A DNA stretch of 52,671 bases. Origin: Patescibacteria group bacterium (lineage in GTDB: Bacteria > Patescibacteriota > Minisyncoccia > Phycocordibacterales > CSBR16-119). A program made the translations under genes and the position numbers. A model generated the notes under the pieces. That model had not been told where the DNA came from and ran no database searches. It saw only the letters and a list, made by a program, of their open reading frames with translations. Shown here in pieces: positions 46,147 to 52,671 of this stretch; the first letter of the stretch is position 1, and every line of letters starts with the position of its first letter. The stretch lies in NCBI GenBank assembly GCA_052033715.1, contig JBPOJJ010000004.1, positions 1-52,671 on the forward strand. The letters are read 5' to 3'.

Positions 46147-47541
46147 ATGTCAGAAGTTAAAAAACACGTTCGAATACCTCCTCACGATCTCGATGCCGAG
46201 CAGGCAACTTTGGGCTCGATCATGCTTAACCCTCAAGCCCTAAACGAAATCATCGACATCGTTCAGGCTGAAACGTTCTACTCCGAAAAACATCGCATAA
46301 TTTTCAAGGCGATGATTGATCTCTTTTCCAAAAACGAACCGATCGATCTCTTGTCACTTTCAACCAGCCTCAAGAATCGAGGACAACTCGAACAAATCGG
46401 CGGACGTACATATCTCACGGATCTAACAAACTCTGTTCCCGCTTCAACCAATGTCAAACATTACGCACGAATTGTTTACAAAAAGAATTTAATGCGTCGT
46501 CTAATCGAGGCAGGAGAACATTTGGCCAATGTCGGCTTTTCTGAGTCTGACTCACCCGTCGAAGACTTGATGGACGAGGCAGAGAAAAAGGTTTTTGCCA
46601 TTACAGGAGATCCAAAAGGTCAAAACTTTGTTAGTTTGAAACAAAGCTTGCACGAAACCTGGGAAAACCTCGAGAAACTTCATGATGCCAAAGGAGGACT
46701 GGGTGGGGTCACGACAGGCTTTGCGAGTTTGGATAATTTACTCGGCGGTCTTCATAAATCAGACTTGATAATTCTCGCCGCCAGGCCATCCGTCGGTAAA
46801 ACAACACTGGCGCTCGACATTGCTCGAAACGCCGCCGTCAAAACTAACGTTCCAGTTGGAATATTTTCTCTAGAAATGTCAGCCCAACAATTAACCCAAA
46901 GAATGCTTTCGGCCCAAGCCCACGTCGACGCATGGAAACTTCGAACAGGAAAACTCACAGCCGAAACAGATTTCAGTAAAATTCGTGACGCCCTAAACGA
47001 ACTTTCAAAAGCGCCAATCTATATCGATGACCAAGCAGGAAACTCTATTATTAAAATGAAGTCGGTCGCTCGTCGTTGGAAAACAGAATTTGGTTTGGGT
47101 CTAATCGTTGTCGACTACCTACAACTTATGAACACAAGCAAAAATTATGACTCGATGGTCAATCAGGTTACCGAGATTTCGCGCTCTCTAAAAAGCTTGG
47201 CTCGCGAATTGAATGTTCCTGTTTTGGCGCTTTCTCAACTTTCTCGCGCGGTCGAATCACGTGGTGGCAAACCAAGGCTTTCTGACCTTCGAGATTCCGG
47301 TTCTATCGAGCAAGATGCCGACGTCGTTATGTTTATCCACCGCGAAGATCGGTCCGGAACTCGCACAGAAACTGAATCGACCGGTATTGCCGAAATTTTG
47401 GTCGAAAAACATCGAAATGGTCCTGTTGGTAAGGTTGATTTGTATTTCGATGAAAAGAATTCAACCTTTTTACCAATTGAGAAAAATGCTGGTTACGCTG
47501 GTGGTGATATCGGAGCAGACGAAGCATTTGAAAGTTTTTAA
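46147..47541 (+). CDS. dnaB: Replicative DNA helicase
   Basis: AARPSVGKT, FSLEMS, VDYLQLM, QLSR and DLRDSGSIEQDAD motifs. Confidence 0.97.
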   Translation: MSEVKKHVRIPPHDLDAEQATLGSIMLNPQALNEIIDIVQAETFYSEKHRIIFKAMIDLFSKNEPIDLLSLSTSLKNRGQLEQIGGRTYLTDLTNSVPASTNVKHYARIVYKKNLMRRLIEAGEHLANVGFSESDSPVEDLMDEAEKKVFAITGDPKGQNFVSLKQSLHETWENLEKLHDAKGGLGGVTTGFASLDNLLGGLHKSDLIILAARPSVGKTTLALDIARNAAVKTNVPVGIFSLEMSAQQLTQRMLSAQAHVDAWKLRTGKLTAETDFSKIRDALNELSKAPIYIDDQAGNSIIKMKSVARRWKTEFGLGLIVVDYLQLMNTSKNYDSMVNQVTEISRSLKSLARELNVPVLALSQLSRAVESRGGKPRLSDLRDSGSIEQDADVVMFIHREDRSGTRTETESTGIAEILVEKHRNGPVGKVDLYFDEKNSTFLPIEKNAGYAGGDIGADEAFESF

Positions 47542-47544
47542 AAA

Positions 47545-48162
47545 ATGAACAGTATCGAAAAACTAGCAGAAATATTTGAAAAGTTCCCTGGCGTCGGCAA
47601 GCGCCAAGCCAAGCGTTTCGTTTATTATTTATTGCGGAAGAATCAGAACTTTGCCCGAGATCTATCACAAGCGGTTCTGAAACTCAAAGATAACATTCAT
47701 CTTTGTCAGGAATCTTTCCAGTATTTTTATTCAGACAATCCCAACGAAGCTCTTTCCCCCATCTCTCGTGATCCAAATCGCGACAGAAGCCTACTGCTCG
47801 TAGTCGAAAAAGATTCCGATCTGGAAAACCTGGAATCAATGCATTTTTATCGCGGACTTTATTTCGTCCTCGGCGGCTCAATTCCGGTGTTGGCGAAAGA
47901 CCCCGAAAACCTGATCAGAATAAATGAATTGAAAAACATTATTGAGAAAAAAATTGCCGCGGGTGAATTGAAAGAAATTATCTTGGGACTCTCGGTCAAC
48001 CCTCAAGGCGAATACACCTTGGAATATTTAAAAGAAAGGTTGGCTGATTTTGAAAAACAAGGAATCCGAATTTCAATTCTCGGGCGTGGACTTTCAACTG
48101 GCACCGAACTCGAATACTCTGACAAAGAAACTTTCGAATCGGCATTTGAAAACCGCAGATAA
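47545..48162 (+). CDS. recR: Recombination mediator RecR (degenerate zinc finger)
   Basis: FPGVGKRQAKR, VVEKDSDL, YFVLGG and RGLSTGTELEYSD motifs. Confidence 0.92.
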   Translation: MNSIEKLAEIFEKFPGVGKRQAKRFVYYLLRKNQNFARDLSQAVLKLKDNIHLCQESFQYFYSDNPNEALSPISRDPNRDRSLLLVVEKDSDLENLESMHFYRGLYFVLGGSIPVLAKDPENLIRINELKNIIEKKIAAGELKEIILGLSVNPQGEYTLEYLKERLADFEKQGIRISILGRGLSTGTELEYSDKETFESAFENRR

Positions 48163-48197
48163 AAAAACAAATCCGCTATTTAGGCGGATCTGTTTTT
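48163..48197. terminator. Bidirectional terminator between recR and rplU
   Basis: AAAAACAAATCCGC-tatttag-GCGGATCTGTTTTT. Confidence 0.7.
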
Positions 48198-48199
48198 CT

Positions 48200-48517
48200 T
48201 TACGCTATTTTTCCGATTTTTACTTTAACAAATGGTTGTCGATGGCCTCGTTTTTTGTAGTAGTTTGATTTGGCTCGGTACTTGATAACATCAATAGTCT
48301 TATTTCGTCCAGCTGACTCAAAAGTGGCGTCAATTTTCTTGCCAGACAGAACTGGAGAACCAACTTCGATCTTGTCTCCATCGATAAGAGCCATAACTTG
48401 ATTAAAAGTTACCGTATCTCCTTTTTGGAAATCGCCTGAAAGCTTTTCTATCTTTAAGACCTCGCCTTCAGCGACTTTATATTGCTTTCCACCGGTTTTG
48501 ATTACAGCAAATTTCAT
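48200..48517 (-). CDS. rplU: 50S ribosomal protein L21
   Basis: FAVIKTGGKQYKV and KKRGHRQP motifs. Confidence 0.97.
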   Translation of the reverse strand: MKFAVIKTGGKQYKVAEGEVLKIEKLSGDFQKGDTVTFNQVMALIDGDKIEVGSPVLSGKKIDATFESAGRNKTIDVIKYRAKSNYYKKRGHRQPFVKVKIGKIA

Positions 48518-48615
48518 AACGGAAGTATTCTATATTAAATCCAAAAAATTGCAATACCCTGGGAATTCCCCATATTTTTGACGTTTTTTCGGGTATTAGG
48601 TGTTATAATTTTTCT

Positions 48616-49539
48616 GTGATTTTCAAATATAAATACAAAAATACGACCTGGATCGACCTCGAATCTCCAACCCAAGCCGAGATAATCAATATTGTCGAAG
48701 AATACAAGCTCCCCGACATTATGGCCGAGGAAATTGGCAATCCTGATCTACGCTCTAAAGTCGATTATTACGACAAGCTCGGTCTCATTTACCTGGTCCT
48801 TCACTTCCCGATTATCTCTGGTGTTGAGGATTCTGTTGAACAAGAGGTAGACTTTATTATTGGTCGTGATTTTCTCATCACGACTCATTATGAAAAGATT
48901 GATCCTCTTCACGACTTCTCCAGACTCTTTGAGAGAAATGCGTTTCTCGACAAAAGCAATATTGGGGAACATGCTGGATATCTTTTTGTCCACCTGATGC
49001 GCGAAATCTACAAACACTCCCTCGATAATTTAGAAAACATCAACGACTCTTTAAAAACCATCGAAAAAGATATTTTCCGCGAGAAAAAACAAGTAAATGC
49101 TGTTACGACCATTTCCGAAACCAACCGCAAATACCTAAACTTCAAACAAGCATTGCGACATCATGGTGAAATTTTCCGATCGTTCGAAGCCGCGTCGGTC
49201 GAGATGTTCGGCCAAAGTTTTTTCTATCTTCTCGGCACAGTTTCTTCCGAATACAATCGTGTCAAAAACACCCTTGAGGTTGGAAAAGAAATTCTCGACG
49301 ATTTGCGTGATACCAACGACTCGCTTTTGACCACTCGCACAAACAACGTCATCGGTCGACTCACCGTCATGACCTCGATACTCCTTCCTATTACGCTTAT
49401 CACTGGTATCTTCGGCATGAACACTTCGGACGAAATTCTATTTATTCAAAACGCTGAAGACTTTCTGCTTGTTTTAGTGCTCATGTTTATCGTCGGACTT
49501 ACAATGGTGGTCTATTTCAAGGGTAAAAAGTGGCTATGA
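48616..49539 (+). CDS. corA: CorA-family Mg2+/Co2+ transporter
   Basis: WIDLESPT and LPITLITGIFGMN motifs followed by two C-terminal TMs. Confidence 0.9.
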   Translation: MIFKYKYKNTTWIDLESPTQAEIINIVEEYKLPDIMAEEIGNPDLRSKVDYYDKLGLIYLVLHFPIISGVEDSVEQEVDFIIGRDFLITTHYEKIDPLHDFSRLFERNAFLDKSNIGEHAGYLFVHLMREIYKHSLDNLENINDSLKTIEKDIFREKKQVNAVTTISETNRKYLNFKQALRHHGEIFRSFEAASVEMFGQSFFYLLGTVSSEYNRVKNTLEVGKEILDDLRDTNDSLLTTRTNNVIGRLTVMTSILLPITLITGIFGMNTSDEILFIQNAEDFLLVLVLMFIVGLTMVVYFKGKKWL

Positions 49540-49551
49540 TAGAATAGTGGG

Positions 49552-50946
49552 ATGCTAAAGATTTACAACACCCTGACGAAAAAAGAAGAAGTCGTAGAAC
49601 CGATTACTCCAGGCAAAATCGGAATCTATACATGTGGTCCTACCGTCTATGACTATGTGACGATTGGCAATTGGCGGACCTACACGCTCGGCGATCTCGT
49701 GAATCGCGTACTTCGTTATGGCGGAACACCAACTAACTACATCATGAACATTACCGATGTCGGACATCTCACAGGTGACAACTTGGGCGATGCAGATACC
49801 GGAGAGGACAGAATGGAAAAAGCGAAAAAACGCGAAGGCAAAACTGCTTGGGATATAGCCCTATTTTACGCGAACGATTTCCTCGACGGATACAAGAAAC
49901 TCAATCTCACGGAGCCTGAGAAATTCGTCAAAGCAACCGATCATATCGCTGAACAGATTCGTCTGGTGCAAAAGCTCGTGGACAAAGGTTTAGCTTATAC
50001 GATATCCGACGGAATATATTTTGATACAAAAGCTTATGAATCTGCTGGATTCATCTATGGCGAACTCTCGAATTTGGAAAGCATCAAAGAAGGCGCGCGC
50101 GTGGAAATAAATCCAGAGAAGAAAAATCCGCGAGACTTTGCGCTCTGGAAATTCAGTCCAAAAGGCGAGAAACGCGATATGGAATGGGAATCGCCGTGGG
50201 GCATTGGTTTCCCCGGCTGGCACATCGAATGTTCGGCCATGAGTGAGAAATATCTCGGCGAGCAATTTGATATTCATCTTGGTGGTGAAGATCTCAAGAG
50301 TACGCATCATCCAAATGAAATCGCTCAGTCACAAGGAGCGTCTGGCAAAAAACCTTTTGTAAAATATTGGATTCATGGAGCATTTCTACAAGTAGCTGGC
50401 GGCAAGATGGGCAAAAGTCTTGGCAACGCTTATAACCTCCACGACATCGAGAAAAAAGGTTTCTCCCCAACCACGCTTCGATATTTTTATTTAACGGCGA
50501 ATTACGGATCTCACCTGAACTTCACTTGGGAAAGTCTGGAGGCTGCCCAAAACGCGCTAAAAAAACTCAAAAATCTATTCCTAGATCTGGGAACTGACAT
50601 TGGAGCCGTGAGTGCGCATTACAGACAAGAATTTACCGAAGCCCTCGAAGATAACTTGAACACCCCGGAAGCATTAGCGGTTCTGTGGACTCTGGCGCAT
50701 GACAAAGAAACTCTTCTCGCCGACAAGAAAGCTACACTTCTCGACTTCGACAAAGTATTGGGGCTTGGAATGGACACATGGGCCCATGATGAAATCCCGG
50801 CCGAAGTCATCGATCTCGCTCGCTCTCGCAACGCCGCTCGCCTTTCCAAAGACTGGGCAAAATCCGACGAACTCCGCGATAAAATAAAATCTCTCGGTTA
50901 TGAAATCAAGGATTTGGGTGAAGATTTTGAGGTTAGGAAAACATGA
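49552..50946 (+). CDS. cysS: Cysteine-tRNA ligase
   Basis: YTCGPTVY, DFALWK, PGWHIECS, HHPNE and KMGKS motifs. Confidence 0.97.
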   Translation: MLKIYNTLTKKEEVVEPITPGKIGIYTCGPTVYDYVTIGNWRTYTLGDLVNRVLRYGGTPTNYIMNITDVGHLTGDNLGDADTGEDRMEKAKKREGKTAWDIALFYANDFLDGYKKLNLTEPEKFVKATDHIAEQIRLVQKLVDKGLAYTISDGIYFDTKAYESAGFIYGELSNLESIKEGARVEINPEKKNPRDFALWKFSPKGEKRDMEWESPWGIGFPGWHIECSAMSEKYLGEQFDIHLGGEDLKSTHHPNEIAQSQGASGKKPFVKYWIHGAFLQVAGGKMGKSLGNAYNLHDIEKKGFSPTTLRYFYLTANYGSHLNFTWESLEAAQNALKKLKNLFLDLGTDIGAVSAHYRQEFTEALEDNLNTPEALAVLWTLAHDKETLLADKKATLLDFDKVLGLGMDTWAHDEIPAEVIDLARSRNAARLSKDWAKSDELRDKIKSLGYEIKDLGEDFEVRKT

Positions 50947-50975
50947 TTGACCAAAAAGCATTTTGGGAGTACAAA
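50947..50975 (+). promoter_or_regulatory. Promoter TTGACC-17-TACAAA
   Basis: Begins directly after the cysS stop; spacer counted as 17 nt. Confidence 0.55.
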
Positions 50976-51001
50976 GATAGTAAACCAATCTGAAGCCCAC
51001 C

Positions 51002-51166
51002 ATGCGATCCAAGTTTCACCACCAGACAAGTGAGTCGGGAACCTCGGATGACCCAGAAAACTACGACCCAGATCGGGGTTGGGGTTGGGGTCTTCTGAAC
51101 GGCGGAGGCATCTTCCTCCTATTATGCCTAGCGGCCTATTTGTTCTACCGCGCCTACTCTGGCTAG
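51002..51166 (+). CDS. Small C-terminally anchored membrane protein, 54 aa
   Basis: Hand-translated MRSKFHHQTSESGTSDDPENYDPDRGWGWGLLNGGGIFLLLCLAAYLFYRAYSG; has its own promoter and terminator. Confidence 0.68.
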   Translation: MRSKFHHQTSESGTSDDPENYDPDRGWGWGLLNGGGIFLLLCLAAYLFYRAYSG

Positions 51167-51169
51167 GCC

Positions 51170-51212
51170 AAACGAGTGTTTTTCTTACCGGAGGCACTCG
51201 TTTTGATTTTTT
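51170..51212 (+). terminator. Intrinsic terminator
   Basis: AAACGAGTG...CACTCGTTT followed by a T-rich tail. Confidence 0.6.
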
Positions 51213-51222
51213 CCTCTTTTCG

Positions 51223-51256
51223 CTGCTTATAATTTACATATGTTTAAGATAGGCGT
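51223..51256. repeat. 34-bp palindromic repeat, copy 1 (downstream of the PaaX-like gene)
   Basis: ctgcttataatttacatatgtttaagataggcgt; 26/34 identical to copy 2. Confidence 0.7.
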
Positions 51257-51268
51257 CTCAGATCACTT

Positions 51269-51838
51269 CTAAATTTGAAAATGTTTCCGAAGGTCTTTGT
51301 CATTCTCCAAATGTTCCGCCACGATATACATCACTTCTTTTCCAAACTTAAAATACGATTTCATCATGATAATAATTTCCTCACAATCGTACGGATGAAT
51401 CCAAATACTTTTTTGGTATTGCACAAATCCAAGTCTTTTTAAATGATGCCGGAAAATATTTCGCAAAGGTGTTCTAGTATTTTTGATATCAAAACTTACA
51501 ATCCGCCATTTTTTGTCCCACTTTTTCGGTTTTTTAATCTGTAAATCGCCGAGCAAATATTTATCAATTTCTTTCTTACCTTTAGGTGTCAGTGTCGCAA
51601 ACTTTTGCCCATTTCTAGTAACAAAATAAATATAGCCTTGTTTTTGTAATAAAAAGATTTTCTTGTTTATTCTATAACGTAAATCCTGGGACCTTTTTCC
51701 AACACCAAAAATCTTTAACATCTGAAGGGCGTTAGGCGCAACCACAGCAACAGAAACAAGCCCCACCGCCATAATTGATTTTAGGGCTATTTCTTTATAA
51801 TCGATTCTTTTATTTCTTTTTATATACTCCTTACCCAC
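51269..51838 (-). CDS. PaaX-like transcriptional regulator with wHTH and Cas2-like domains
   Basis: LT.KG wing and KKWDKKWRIVSFDI...LKRLGFVQYQKSIWIHPY motif. GTG start 6 nt after TATAAT; ATG 51853 is an alternative. Confidence 0.85.
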   Translation of the reverse strand: MGKEYIKRNKRIDYKEIALKSIMAVGLVSVAVVAPNALQMLKIFGVGKRSQDLRYRINKKIFLLQKQGYIYFVTRNGQKFATLTPKGKKEIDKYLLGDLQIKKPKKWDKKWRIVSFDIKNTRTPLRNIFRHHLKRLGFVQYQKSIWIHPYDCEEIIIMMKSYFKFGKEVMYIVAEHLENDKDLRKHFQI

Positions 51839-51870
51839 GCTTAAATTATACATATGGTTACGATAAGCGT
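51837..51870. repeat. 34-bp palindromic repeat, copy 2 (overlaps the promoter and start of the PaaX-like gene)
   Basis: acgcttaaattatacatatggttacgataagcgt; outer arms ACGCTTA/TAAGCGT, centre CATATG. Confidence 0.7.
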
Positions 51871-51904
51871 AGCATTCCAATTATAAAAATAATGTGGAAA
51901 AGTC

Positions 51905-52671
51905 TTATAAACCGGATTTTTGGAGGTCTTCGATGAGACGCTTTTGTTCACGAGAAAGCGAGTCGGGGATTTCGACTTCGACAACGACGAGTAGATCGCC
52001 ATGTTGGAATCGGCCGGCTTGGATGCCCGCGCCTTTGACGCGGAGGATTTTGCCGGTGTTTATGCCTTTTGGAATTTTTATTTTGATTGGACCGTCGACT
52101 CCTTCGACATCATACATCGCGCCGAGGATGGCGTCGGTGAGTTTGACTCGCAAATTCGTGACAAGATGAATTCCTTCTTTGCGCAAAGATTTGTGCGATT
52201 CGACGTACATTTTGAGCAAGAGATCGCCTGGATGTCCTTCTTCGCCCGGCTCACCATAGCCATGGAGCTTCATCATCTGGCCGGATTCGATTCCGGCTGG
52301 GACTTTGATACTGACTTCTTTTTGACCCTTTTGGGCGCTATTTTCTGGGACTTTGATCGTCTTGTCCGTACCCTGGACCGACTCCTTGAAGCTTATATTG
52401 AGGGAGAGAACGATATCCCGACCCTTTCTGACCCTTCGCCCGAAACCTCCTCCAAAAGCCGAGAAAATGTCGTTTAAATCGAACTCCTGGCCTCCTTGGA
52501 AGCCCTCGAAGTTAAACCCGCCGAAATCAAATCCTCCAAAGCCTGCTCCTCCGCCCTGCCCACCAAACTGCGGACCGTTAGAGCCGAAGCGGTCATATTG
52601 GGCGCGTTTCTGATCGTCAGAAAGAACCTGGTAAGCCTCGTTCACTTCTTTGAATTTGGCTTCGTTGCCAG
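51905..52671 (-). CDS. dnaJ: DnaJ-family chaperone without a zinc finger (class B / CbpA-like), 5'-truncated by the window edge
   Basis: KFKEVNEAYQVLSD..KR..YD, G/F-rich linker, KVPAGIESG and GDLL motifs; no CxxCxGxG. Confidence 0.88.
   Translation of the reverse strand, partial: GNEAKFKEVNEAYQVLSDDQKRAQYDRFGSNGPQFGGQGGGAGFGGFDFGGFNFEGFQGGQEFDLNDIFSAFGGGFGRRVRKGRDIVLSLNISFKESVQGTDKTIKVPENSAQKGQKEVSIKVPAGIESGQMMKLHGYGEPGEEGHPGDLLLKMYVESHKSLRKEGIHLVTNLRVKLTDAILGAMYDVEGVDGPIKIKIPKGINTGKILRVKGAGIQAGRFQHGDLLVVVEVEIPDSLSREQKRLIEDLQKSGL

Noticed and set aside
45833-46160. ORF-track calls 45833..46132(-) and 45927..46160(+)
   Set aside because: They run through the promoter and terminator elements and overlap the trpS and dnaB starts.
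50898-51197. 99-aa minus-strand ORF
   Set aside because: It is antisense to the 54-aa plus-strand ORF, which has the promoter, TM helix and terminator.
51223-51256. Chromosomal dif (XerCD) site
   Set aside because: ATATGTAAATT resembles a XerD arm, but the XerC-side arm does not match, and the second copy overlapping a promoter favours an operator-type reading.
51269-51838. CRISPR-Cas system (Cas2-like domain)
   Set aside because: There is no cas1, other cas gene or repeat-spacer array. Only two repeats flank the gene, and the wHTH plus Cas2-like architecture fits PaaX-type regulators.
52353-52613. Pro-rich 86-aa plus-strand ORF
   Set aside because: It is the antisense of the DnaJ G/F-rich linker.

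Overview
A gene-dense region of about 40-45% GC, most likely from a Patescibacteria (CPR, probably Parcubacteria) genome using the standard genetic code. The taxonomy is inferred from gene content and protein style, not from a search. Housekeeping content: a non-oxidative pentose-phosphate/aldolase cluster (rpiB, class I FBA, rpe, split transketolase, PfkB kinase), a complete F1Fo ATP synthase operon, ribosomal and translation genes (rplY, rpmE type B, prfA, prmC, rsmI, rplI, rpmA, rplU, gltX, aspS, trpS, cysS, tRNA-Ile), cell-wall and division genes (mraY, ftsW, murG, S11 and M23 peptidases, a lytic transglycosylase, CtpA), scpAB, dnaB, recR, corA, nhaD and a partial dnaJ. No rRNA, CRISPR array, transposase or integrase was seen. 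The most notable unannotated signals are: (1) about ten self-contained orphan units (TTGAC-16/17-TANNNT promoter, A/C-rich SD-less leader, orphan ORF or sRNA, intrinsic terminator) between housekeeping genes that mostly look leaderless; (2) a PaaX/Cas2-like regulator gene bracketed by two 34-bp palindromic direct repeats; (3) orphan proteins resembling the RNA polymerase alpha C-terminal domain; (4) an ATP synthase c subunit with a two-carboxylate Na+ motif, plus an NhaD antiporter; (5) a gene split at a U-UUU-UUA run; (6) several long intergenic rod-like hairpins, one of which sequesters the rplI start codon. All motif calls are by eye and need computational confirmation.
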